From positions 1 to 62,712 of the forward strand of contig NZBL01000017.1 of the NCBI GenBank assembly GCA_002687895.1: a stretch of DNA of 62,712 bases. Direction: 5' to 3'. Positions within the stretch are counted from its first letter, which is position 1; the number at the start of each line of letters is the position of its first letter. Below, one piece after another: positions 9,131 to 19,109 of this stretch. The stretch comes from a bacterium. GTDB taxonomy: Bacteria > Patescibacteriota > Patescibacteriia > UBA2169. Under the pieces are notes generated by a model that saw only the letters and a list, made by a program, of their open reading frames with translations, was not told the origin of the DNA and ran no database searches. The translations under genes were made by a program, and so were the position numbers.

Positions 9131-10582
9131 TTACACAGTATGAATCTTCAAAAGATTCAATGAGCCATGCGGGCCAGTTGGATGCCCAGAAGCAATTATA
9201 ACTTTATCGCCTTTTTTGATTTTCAATTCTTTTTTGATGAGCTTGATACTTGCATCAATAAGATTATCTAAATTATCATATCGCTTCATATAATATGGAG
9301 AAACTCCCCATGATAATGACATTTGTCTGCGCGTAATTTCATTTTGCGTTAAAGCTATGATTGGAACTTCTGGCCTTTCTGATGATATTAAGCGCGCGCT
9401 TCTGCCTGAAGCTGACATTACTATAATTGCTTTAATTTCTTCATGGTCAACAATATCATCCGCAGTATGAGCTAAAATATTTGGAACTATAACTCTCTCT
9501 ATTGGATGCGGCCGCATGTCATCATAATGCGATGATTCTGTTTCTAGTATAATATCCTTCATCATTTGGCATGTTTCAACTGGATATTTGCCAGTACTTG
9601 TTTCGCTTGAAAGCATTAAGCAGTCTGCATGGTCAATTACCGCGTTTGCCACGTCACTGACCTCTGCGCGAGTTGCTCTGGCGTTAATTGTCATGGATTC
9701 CAGCATCTGCGTTGCGACTATGACGGGCTTTGAGGCTTTTAGGCATTTTTCTATAAACTGCTTTTGCAGAATTGGGATTTCTTGTGTTGGAACTTCAATG
9801 CCCAAGTCTCCGCGAGCAACCATGATTGCATCGCTTGCCTCTAAAATTGCGTCAAAATTTTCCACTGCTTCAGCTCTTTCTATTTTCGCGATTATTTTTG
9901 GCTGATAATCACCTTTTTGCGGCTTGTCCTCCGGAGCCTTGGCGTAGGGGGGAAGCATATTCCTTAATTGACGAATATCTTTATCATCGCGCACAAATGA
10001 CAAAGCAAGCCAATCAACTTTTTGCTTTATGCCGAACTCAACATCTTGCTTATCTTTTTCAGTCAACACAACATCAGGCAAATCTGATTCTGGAAGATTA
10101 ATTCCGCGTCCTGATGTAAGCACATCCCCTTGCTCAACTTTCGCTATCACGGTTGAACCATGCACTTCAACTGCGCGCATGCGAACTAATCCGTCTTTAA
10201 TAAGTATGACTTCTCCGGTTTTAACCATTTTTCCTAAAGGCTCTTGTGTTGGAATAGATACTAATCCTGCACGCTTATCTTTTATCTTATTCTGCTTTTC
10301 ATAAACTAATGCGACTTTTTCGCCCCGCTTAACTGGTATGCCGTCTTCTGGAAGCTCGCCTAATCTAATGCGAGGACCTTGCAAATCCTGAATAATAGCA
10401 ATTGGCCTATCCAGCTTTTTCGCGACTGATCTGATGTTTTTTATAAGCATTATGTGATGCTTATAACTGCCATGGGAAAAATTCAACCGAGCGCAATTCA
10501 TGCCTGCTTTTACTAATTTTGTTAATGTTGCAACAGACTCTGTTGCAGGCCCAATTGTGCAGATAATTTTAGTACGTTTCAT
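9131..10582 (-). CDS. pyk: Pyruvate kinase
   Basis: Motifs MKRTKIICTIGPA, MNCARLNFSHG and MVARGDLGIEV are present. Confidence 0.9.
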   Translation of the reverse strand: MKRTKIICTIGPATESVATLTKLVKAGMNCARLNFSHGSYKHHIMLIKNIRSVAKKLDRPIAIIQDLQGPRIRLGELPEDGIPVKRGEKVALVYEKQNKIKDKRAGLVSIPTQEPLGKMVKTGEVILIKDGLVRMRAVEVHGSTVIAKVEQGDVLTSGRGINLPESDLPDVVLTEKDKQDVEFGIKQKVDWLALSFVRDDKDIRQLRNMLPPYAKAPEDKPQKGDYQPKIIAKIERAEAVENFDAILEASDAIMVARGDLGIEVPTQEIPILQKQFIEKCLKASKPVIVATQMLESMTINARATRAEVSDVANAVIDHADCLMLSSETSTGKYPVETCQMMKDIILETESSHYDDMRPHPIERVIVPNILAHTADDIVDHEEIKAIIVMSASGRSARLISSERPEVPIIALTQNEITRRQMSLSWGVSPYYMKRYDNLDNLIDASIKLIKKELKIKKGDKVIIASGHPTGPHGSLNLLKIHTV

Positions 10583-10612
10583 ATATTCATTATATCATAA
10601 AATCATCCAAAG

Positions 10613-10687
10613 TGGTGGACCCGACGGGACTTGCACCCGCTACATCGGGTACCAACACCGATATGTTACTATATACAACACGGGCCC
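10613..10687 (-). tRNA. Atypical tRNA-like gene of uncertain identity
   Basis: The minus strand reads GGGCCCGTGTTGTATATAGTAACATATCGGTGTTGGTACCCGATGTAGCGGGTGCAAGTCCCGTCGGGTCCACCA. It has a 7-bp acceptor stem with G3:U70, A73 and an encoded CCA, plus a T-arm GCGGG/CCCGT. The D-loop lacks GG, the T-loop is TGCAAGT, and the anticodon stem ATCGG/CCGAT closes a 9-nt loop (or a 7-nt loop GTTGGTA if a U-C mismatch is allowed). Confidence 0.5.
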
Positions 10688-10837
10688 AAATTCTAGGTCC
10701 ACCGGCATTTATTATATAACAGAAAAAGCCCCTCGTAAAAGGGACTTTTCTGGGTACCCGAATGGCCCATTTATGTACAAGCCATATCAGTGTTAAAATA
10801 AGTATAGCATGCTGAGAATATTTGTCAACACCCTATA

Positions 10838-12797
<1,960 letters not shown>

Positions 12798-12810
12798 ATG
12801 TGTTGACCAC

Positions 12811-12849
12811 GTCATCCTGATCCGCCAGCCGGCGGAGAAGGATCTCGTG
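12811..12849. repeat. GC-rich hairpin repeat, copy 1 (in the groES 5' UTR)
   Basis: GTCATCCTGATCCGCCAGCCGGCGGAGAAGGATCTCGTG is near-identical in core to copy 3 at 62582-62623. The core CCGCCAGCCGGCGG is self-complementary. Confidence 0.7.
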
Positions 12850-12878
12850 AATACTTAATTAATAGATTTATAATTAAA

Positions 12879-12905
12879 TTATCACTCTAAATTTGCGAGT
12901 GATAG
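12879..12905 (-). promoter_or_regulatory. CIRCE-like HrcA operator upstream of groES-groEL
   Basis: TTATCACTC-N9-GAGTGATAG compares with the CIRCE consensus TTAGCACTC-N9-GAGTGCTAA. It lies between the promoter and groES. Confidence 0.75.
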
Positions 12906-12922
12906 CTTTGTTATGAAGTTGT

Positions 12923-12950
12923 ATTATACAGAATCTAGGGTATATGTCAA
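12923..12950 (-). promoter_or_regulatory. Sigma-70-type promoter of groES-groEL
   Basis: The minus strand carries TTGACA (12950-12945), a 16-nt spacer and TATAAT (12928-12923), directly upstream of CIRCE. Confidence 0.7.
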
Positions 12951-12976
12951 TACCCTAATTTTGCCTATTTTTAGAT

Positions 12977-13330
12977 AAAAAAAGACCCAGAAACTTCATA
13001 CGTGGGATCAAAGGCGCTAGCTGGGCTTTCCAGCTGTAAAGGGAGGTAGAAGTTTCTGGGACAAAGGGGTGGGGGCTCTGGTATGCCGATATACCAGTCA
13101 AATCATCAGAATACAGTACCCGAGGGGAGGGGGAGGGTTGATGATTTGATACTCAATAAGCGGCAGGAAAGAACAAATTGAGCAAGCCCCAAAGAACAAA
13201 AAATGAGAGCGGGAAGAAATCTTCAGCGAGGTGGTGTGGAAGAAGATCTCTTTACCCGAAAAGGGGAATCCGAATAGCTCTGAGTGGCCCCGCTCTCGTA
13301 ATTATGTAATTTTCAAAGCCGCTTTGAACT
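12977..13330 (-). ncRNA. Candidate structured ncRNA of about 350 nt, family unknown
   Basis: It has its own promoter (13337-13364) and no credible ORF. Nested helices include GAGAGCGGG/CCCGCTCTC, a four-way-junction module closed by GGGGCT/AGCCCC, CAAATCATCA/TGATGATTTG and CTGGTAT/ATACCAG. A terminal 12-bp helix CCCAGAAACTTC/GAAGTTTCTGGG is followed by a U-run. Confidence 0.45.
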
Positions 13331-13336
13331 GCCAAA

Positions 13337-13364
13337 AGTATAGCATTTGCCGAAAAAAAGTCAA
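13337..13364 (-). promoter_or_regulatory. Sigma-70-type promoter for the 12977-13330 RNA
   Basis: The minus strand carries TTGACT (13364-13359), a 16-nt spacer and TATACT (13342-13337). Confidence 0.55.
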
Positions 13365-13402
13365 AAAAAAGGACCCCGATGCAATATTTCTGCATCGAGG
13401 CC
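13363..13402 (-). terminator. Intrinsic terminator (minus strand)
   Basis: The minus strand reads GGCCTCGATGCA-GAAATAT-TGCATCGGGGTCC, a stem of about 12 bp, followed by eight Ts. Confidence 0.7.
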
Positions 13403-13790
13403 GTGAGAGCAGAACCCGTAGGTCTGCTCCTTACATTCTCCTATGATCAGTAGGAGCCCGTCCTGAAACTTCACACGCCGTCTACGCGACGTGCCGCAGT
13501 GGGACAGACACTGCACAACTTTTGGGCTCTGACCAAGAGCCACTATCTCTACCGCTGGTCAAGCGGTAGCTACCTCGTGAATCTCCCTGTTGGGAGCCGC
13601 GGCCCGAGGCAGAGGTATAACCGCGAAAAATGAACGAAGGGGAGGGTCAGCGCACATATGCGAGTGACCACTCCCCGATCGGCAATCATCACATGGTATC
13701 TGGGTTATCTGCCCAAGCCCAATGCTTGGGAATGGGTGGCAAGGAAACGCTTATTCCTAGGGAGGAGGGCGTTTCTGCATAAGTGTATTT
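13403..13790 (-). ncRNA. Candidate structured RNA of about 390 nt, or a structured 3' UTR of the upstream gene; family unknown
   Basis: This GC-rich block has at least nine perfect 5-8-bp local hairpins, including GAGCAGA/TCTGCTC, CTCCTA/TAGGAG, GCAGTG/CACTGC, GGCTCT/AGAGCC, CTACCGCT/AGCGGTAG, CCCAAGC/GCTTGGG and GAAACGC/GCGTTTC. It ends at the 13363-13402 terminator. Strand is inferred from that terminator only. Confidence 0.35.
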
Positions 13791-13791
13791 G

Positions 13792-15210
13792 TCAAGAACC
13801 TTTTTCACTGTCTATGTTATTTTTACTTAATATTAGCCAAAATACAGCTAAATATGATATTCCAATCATCAAACCAGAATACAAAGACCACATATAATGA
13901 TCAAACAAACCTAATACTGCAAATGGAATCAAGAACATCAAGCTAATGGATATTTCCTGTTTTTTCTTTGTTCCTAGATATACAAAATTCACAATAAATA
14001 ATGCAAATACAATCACAAAAATCAATCCAATTATCCCTAATTCTGCCCAAATCAGCAAAAACATATTATGAACTGGTTGGTAAAAATATGCTGGCTTAGA
14101 ATCATCAATATTTCTATGAACAGAAAGACCATAGCTCCCTATTCCAGTTCCAAGTATTCTATTTTTTTTGATTACTTCCCATCCTTGGGCTAATGACGCA
14201 CCACGCTCCTGTGTTGACCGAACCTCTAGCCTGTTCTGCATGCTTACCCGCGTTGAAAGCTGTTCTGGAAACATATATCCAAATAAAACAACAACTAATA
14301 TAAGGATTGCAGTCATCTTGATTGCCAATCTCCTGAACATTTTCTTTTTGATTGCCATTGCAATAAATATCCCAACTCCTGTGAGTGCCGCGAGCCAAGC
14401 TGATCTGGAAAATGTCGCAAGCAATCCAAATATAATAACTCCGAAGACTAGATAACGAATAGCGAACCGCATTCTTGTTGTTTGGTCGCTTTCCCCTCCT
14501 AACGCGACAACAAGCGACCGCGACTCATTCAGCAAAAGCATTAAAGATAAAACCAGCCATGCTCCTAAAATATTTGGATGAGGAAATGTTCCATACGCGC
14601 GCAGCCATCTAATTTCAACTGTCTCCACAACAGATACACCAAGATCTCGCGCGTCCTGCAAAGCTGTTCCTAGAATAGTTGAGCTTGGCACAACTTGCAA
14701 AAATGACTGCGAAATTCCAATCACAGCCTGAATAAATCCAGAAGCAATTATTGTCCATGCTAGGCTATTGAACGAAACAGCGCGCGAGCCAAGAACTAAA
14801 AATATTACTCCAGCCTCAACTAAAACAATCCAATGCTCCAAAGAAACGCTAGAATCACTTGACCATATTATTGATAATCCAGACCAAACCACTAAAATAG
14901 CAAACGCGCCTAAAGGAGTATATAATTTTTTGACAGAAATTTGAGGCTTTTTGTGCTTAAGAGCATGAGTGCCCTTTGCGATTAACGCGATCAAAATCAA
15001 AAACAATAAAACTTCTGTTGCGTACAAAGATTGAGTTCCATATTCCCAATAATCGCCATTGATTGATCCTTCAACTAAAATCAACCTTGCTTGCCAAGGG
15101 ATAAGGAACACGAACACCAAAGTTCCGTATTTTATAATAAAATCAAATATGCGATAATGCCTTATCATATTTTTGTATAAATTCTTGTAAATGTTCAATT
15201 CTGCGGTCAT
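13792..15210 (-). CDS. O-antigen ligase / Wzy_C family polytopic membrane protein
   Basis: The 472-aa product has more than 10 hydrophobic helices and a central loop with ..TFSRSAWLAALTGVG.., typical of the O-antigen ligase family. Confidence 0.7.
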   Translation of the reverse strand: MTAELNIYKNLYKNMIRHYRIFDFIIKYGTLVFVFLIPWQARLILVEGSINGDYWEYGTQSLYATEVLLFLILIALIAKGTHALKHKKPQISVKKLYTPLGAFAILVVWSGLSIIWSSDSSVSLEHWIVLVEAGVIFLVLGSRAVSFNSLAWTIIASGFIQAVIGISQSFLQVVPSSTILGTALQDARDLGVSVVETVEIRWLRAYGTFPHPNILGAWLVLSLMLLLNESRSLVVALGGESDQTTRMRFAIRYLVFGVIIFGLLATFSRSAWLAALTGVGIFIAMAIKKKMFRRLAIKMTAILILVVVLFGYMFPEQLSTRVSMQNRLEVRSTQERGASLAQGWEVIKKNRILGTGIGSYGLSVHRNIDDSKPAYFYQPVHNMFLLIWAELGIIGLIFVIVFALFIVNFVYLGTKKKQEISISLMFLIPFAVLGLFDHYMWSLYSGLMIGISYLAVFWLILSKNNIDSEKGS

Positions 15211-16087
15211 TCACATGCATTTTTATCAAGCCATCTTGCACGCGAACGCGCGTATCTTTGTTCGCGAGAAGCATAATTTTTTTAGGCAGTTTTTTTAATT
15301 GAGCTACTTGCATTGGCCATGTAAAAAGCGCGAGTAGCCACTCTAGTATGATTCTAAATATAGGCCTATGACGCGCGACATAATTCGGATGCGCGCTAGT
15401 TTTTTGAGTATTAGGAAAATATTGCTTAAGCCATTCCCTGTTCGCGTTCCAAAACTTATTATAGTATCCCCCTGCATCATAGATCAAATAAAAGTTAGCT
15501 ACCCAGTAGCCAAAATCAATATCTGCCTTGCCCATGCGCAGGCCCCCTATATTAAGATTGTCTTCATCAACAAAAAAGCTTAAGCAGATCTTATCATTAT
15601 CACCGGGCATTCCAGGGCGGAGCTTTTTAAATCTTAAATACAAAAGACAAAATAATCGCACCCACCACGCTCCTCTTTTTTTGCAGATCATAACTAAATC
15701 AATATCACTGTAATATGTAGTATTATGAATTGCCAAAGAATTGCATGCTAGTATGGCCCTAACAAATGGAACGCGCGAAAGCACTTGTATAATCTCATGC
15801 GCAAAATCATATTTCTTTTTCGCAATCACATGCCTTGCATGGCGCCTGTCTAAAATATATTCTTTTTGGCGCAAATAAAAATAACCATTGCGAGAACGAA
15901 TAGTTGATCTTAATAGCACGCCTTGGGAAATTACCTCTTGAATTTCGCGTAATGAATATTTCCTAATATCTTCCTTTGGAAGTAAGTGTAATAAATGCCT
16001 TTGAATTTCAACCAAGGTTAATGGATAATCAAAAACATCATAATATACAATAGCTCCGAAAATTGATTTTTCCAGTTGCGTGATCAT
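15143..16087 (-). CDS. Hypothetical protein, possibly nucleotidyltransferase fold
   Basis: The 314-aa ORF contains a YYSDIDLVMICKK motif resembling the DxD of pol-beta-type nucleotidyltransferases. Its 3' end overlaps the downstream ligase-like ORF. Confidence 0.45.
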   Translation of the reverse strand: MITQLEKSIFGAIVYYDVFDYPLTLVEIQRHLLHLLPKEDIRKYSLREIQEVISQGVLLRSTIRSRNGYFYLRQKEYILDRRHARHVIAKKKYDFAHEIIQVLSRVPFVRAILACNSLAIHNTTYYSDIDLVMICKKRGAWWVRLFCLLYLRFKKLRPGMPGDNDKICLSFFVDEDNLNIGGLRMGKADIDFGYWVANFYLIYDAGGYYNKFWNANREWLKQYFPNTQKTSAHPNYVARHRPIFRIILEWLLALFTWPMQVAQLKKLPKKIMLLANKDTRVRVQDGLIKMHVNDRRIEHLQEFIQKYDKALSHI

Positions 16088-16138
16088 ATTACTATGATAT
16101 CAAAAAACGCGACTTTTGCCACGTTTTCTCGGGTACAA

Positions 16139-19009
16139 CTACAAAACTCTTTTCAAATACTGCCCAGTAAAGCTCTTTTTCTCTTTTGCCACATCTTGCG
16201 GAGTTCCTATTGCCACAATTTCTCCGCCTTTATCCCCTCCTTCTGGCCCAAGGTCTATAATCCAATCACAGCTCTTAATCACATCTAAATTATGCTCAAT
16301 AATGAGGACTGTGTTACCTTTATCTACTAATTTATTTAGGACATGAAGCAAACGCTCCACATCTGCGAAATGCAATCCAGTTGTTGGCTCATCTAAGATA
16401 TATAATGTACGCCCAGTTGCACGGCGAGATAATTCAGTTGCGAGCTTTATGCGTTGCGCTTCTCCGCCAGACAAAGTTGTTGCTTGCTGTCCAAGATGGA
16501 TGTAGCCCAATCCAACCTCAAACAAAGTATCTAGCTTTGATTTTATGGCGGGAATATTTTTAAAAAAGTCTTTTGCCTCTTCCACAGTCATGGCAAGGAT
16601 GTCCGCAATTGTTTTTTCTTTGTAATGAATTTCTAAAATTTCGCGGCTATAGCGCGCGCCTTTGCATTCTTCGCAATCCACGTAAACATCTGGCAAAAAG
16701 TTCATTTCTATGCGCTTGACTCCATCGCCTTCGCAAGCCTCGCATCTTCCGCCTTTTACGTTAAAGCTGAACCTGCCAGCTTTGTATCCTCTAATTTTCG
16801 CTTCTGGAACTTGGGTGAACAAATCGCGGATTGGAGTGAATAAGCCAGTATATGTGGCAGGATTTGATCTGGGTGTTCTGCCAATTGGAGACTGGTCAAT
16901 ATCAATTACCTTATCTATATGATCTAATCCATTTATTGCCCTGTGCTCGCCTGCATGGTCTTTTGCCCTGTAAAAATGCTGAAGCAAGTACTTTGCCAAG
17001 ATATCTGTCATTAAGGTTGATTTTCCAGAGCCGGAAACTCCTGTAATCGCGACCAAGCGAGCCAAAGGAATATCAACATCAACTGATTTTAAGTTGAACT
17101 CATTTGCCCCTAATATTGATATGGCTTTTCTATTTCCTTTGCGGTATTTTTTAGGAGATTTAATTGATTCTTTTCCAGAAAGATATTTTCCAGTAATTGA
17201 TTTTGTGGATTTTTTAATCTGAACAGGAGTTCCTTGGGCCACGATTTCTCCGCCATGCTTGCCAGCTCCAGGCCCTATATCAACAACCCAGTCTGCGCTG
17301 TTGATTGTTTCTTCATCATGCTCAACTACAATTACTGTATTGCCTAAATCGCGCAAAGCTTTGAGCGTTGTGATAAGACGAGAATTGTCGCGCTGATGCA
17401 ATCCAATTGAAGGCTCATCAAGCACATAAAGCACGCCAGTAAGCGCTGATCCGATTTGGGTTGCCAAACGGATACGTTGCGCCTCTCCTCCAGATAAAGT
17501 ATGCGCTGCTCTTCCTAATGTAAGATAATTCAACCCAACATTCTGCAAAAACAAAAGTCTTGATACAATTTCCTTAAGCACAAGCTTGGCAATCTTCATT
17601 TGCGATTCACTTAAAATATCTTTGCTTGATGAAAGCTTTTTAAAATAATCCAAAGAATCGTCTATGGAGTCGCTAGTTACATCTGAAATGCTTTTTTCCG
17701 CAATGCTCACGCTAAGCGCTTCTGGCTTTAGCCTCTTTCCGGAACAAGCAGGGCAAAGCTTGATTCTCATGTAAGATTCTATTTCCCTGCGAATATAATC
17801 TGAATCAGTATCTTTGTATCTTCGCATTAAGTTCGCTACAACCCCTTCAAAAATAGTTTCAAATTCTTTTACTTTTCCCTCGGTTTCTGGATTGCTTACC
17901 CTGTAGTTCGCGCTTCCAGTTCCATAAAGCACTGTATTAATCTCTTTTTTAGATAAATCTTTTACAGGATCATGTATTGAATATCCATTAGCTTTTGCAA
18001 CTGCTTCTAAGATGCGGAAATACCATCCTTGGAAAGATGCTGATCTTGACCAAGGCCTAATTGCTCCCTCTGCAATTGAAAGCTTTTTATTGGGTATAAC
18101 CAGATCTGGATCAACTTCTAATTTAGTTCCTAATCCATCGCATTCTGCGCAAGCTCCATGCGGGGAATTAAATGAAAAATTTCGCGGCTCAAGAAGTGGA
18201 AGATTAATTCCGCAGTCAGCGCAAGCCAAATGTTCTGAATACAAAGTATCATTATCTGTATCTACTTCATTAATGATAACAAGCCCATCTCCAAGCTCTA
18301 AGGCGGTTTCCAAGGAATCAGCCATGCGCGATCTATCGTCCGCGCTTGGTTTTGCTTTTACAACTAATCTATCTACCACAACTTCTATTGTATGTTTTTT
18401 CTGCTTATCCAGCTTTTTATCTTGGGCTTCATCCAAACTGATAACTTCCCCATCTAATCTCACGCGCGCGTATCCAGCGCGAATAAGCTCTGTGAACACA
18501 TGCTGATGCTCTCCTTTTTGATCCCGAATCACTGGAGACAAAATTAAAATTTTAGTTTCATTTGCAAGCTTTTGAATCTGCTTAATAATCTGCTGCTTGC
18601 TTTGCTTGGAAATTATTTTTCCGCATTTTGGGCAGTGCGGGGTTCCAACTCTTGCGTACAATACGCGCAAATAATCATAAATCTCTGTAACAGTTCCAAC
18701 AGTAGAGCGAGGATTATGTGAAGTGGATTTTTGGTCTATTGAAATTGCAGGCGAAAGCCCGTCTATGCGCTCTACATCTGGCTTATCCATTAAACCCAAA
18801 AACTGCCTAGCATAGGCAGATAAAGATTCCACATATCTCCGCTGTCCCTCGGCATAGATGGTATCAAATGCCAAAGATGATTTTCCTGAACCTGAAAGAC
18901 CAGTTATTACAATCAACTGATTGCGCGGAAGATCTAAAGAAATATTTTTTAAATTGTGTACTCTAGCTCCTTTTACAGATATAGCATCTGCTGTTGTTTT
19001 TTTGGGCAT
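16139..19009 (-). CDS. uvrA: Excinuclease ABC subunit UvrA
   Basis: The 956-aa product has two ABC ATPase modules ([34 protein letters not shown]; [10 protein letters not shown]) and zinc-finger cysteines. Confidence 0.95.
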   Translation of the reverse strand: MPKKTTADAISVKGARVHNLKNISLDLPRNQLIVITGLSGSGKSSLAFDTIYAEGQRRYVESLSAYARQFLGLMDKPDVERIDGLSPAISIDQKSTSHNPRSTVGTVTEIYDYLRVLYARVGTPHCPKCGKIISKQSKQQIIKQIQKLANETKILILSPVIRDQKGEHQHVFTELIRAGYARVRLDGEVISLDEAQDKKLDKQKKHTIEVVVDRLVVKAKPSADDRSRMADSLETALELGDGLVIINEVDTDNDTLYSEHLACADCGINLPLLEPRNFSFNSPHGACAECDGLGTKLEVDPDLVIPNKKLSIAEGAIRPWSRSASFQGWYFRILEAVAKANGYSIHDPVKDLSKKEINTVLYGTGSANYRVSNPETEGKVKEFETIFEGVVANLMRRYKDTDSDYIRREIESYMRIKLCPACSGKRLKPEALSVSIAEKSISDVTSDSIDDSLDYFKKLSSSKDILSESQMKIAKLVLKEIVSRLLFLQNVGLNYLTLGRAAHTLSGGEAQRIRLATQIGSALTGVLYVLDEPSIGLHQRDNSRLITTLKALRDLGNTVIVVEHDEETINSADWVVDIGPGAGKHGGEIVAQGTPVQIKKSTKSITGKYLSGKESIKSPKKYRKGNRKAISILGANEFNLKSVDVDIPLARLVAITGVSGSGKSTLMTDILAKYLLQHFYRAKDHAGEHRAINGLDHIDKVIDIDQSPIGRTPRSNPATYTGLFTPIRDLFTQVPEAKIRGYKAGRFSFNVKGGRCEACEGDGVKRIEMNFLPDVYVDCEECKGARYSREILEIHYKEKTIADILAMTVEEAKDFFKNIPAIKSKLDTLFEVGLGYIHLGQQATTLSGGEAQRIKLATELSRRATGRTLYILDEPTTGLHFADVERLLHVLNKLVDKGNTVLIIEHNLDVIKSCDWIIDLGPEGGDKGGEIVAIGTPQDVAKEKKSFTGQYLKRVL

Positions 19010-19109
19010 AGAATTTAAAACAATACGAAACAGTATACATTAAATTTAGGATTTGATCAAGTTTAAAGAGCATCTTAACAATATTGCAAAACCCGCCTAT
19101 ACTACTCAC

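Noticed and set aside
12798-12815. The GroES start at 12815 ([12 protein letters not shown]...)
   Set aside because: The extension reads into the GC-hairpin repeat. The conserved GroES N-terminus is [10 protein letters not shown] from the ATG at 12797.
12950-13800. RNase P RNA, tmRNA, SRP RNA, 6S RNA or 5S rRNA in the structured intergenic block
   Set aside because: I searched both strands by eye for the hallmark motifs. These were GAGGAAAGTCC and ACAGAANNNGGNTTA for RNase P; a GGTTCGA T-arm, CCA end and tag ORF for tmRNA; the GGAA-loop domain IV for SRP; and the 5S loop motifs. I found only weak partial resemblances that are better explained as local hairpins. The identity is left open pending Infernal.
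13231-13897. Short ORFs inside the structured noncoding block (13231-13446 plus, 13361-13543 minus, 13658-13897 plus)
   Set aside because: They cross promoter and terminator elements and multiple perfect hairpins. Their products are R/G/P-rich with no family features.
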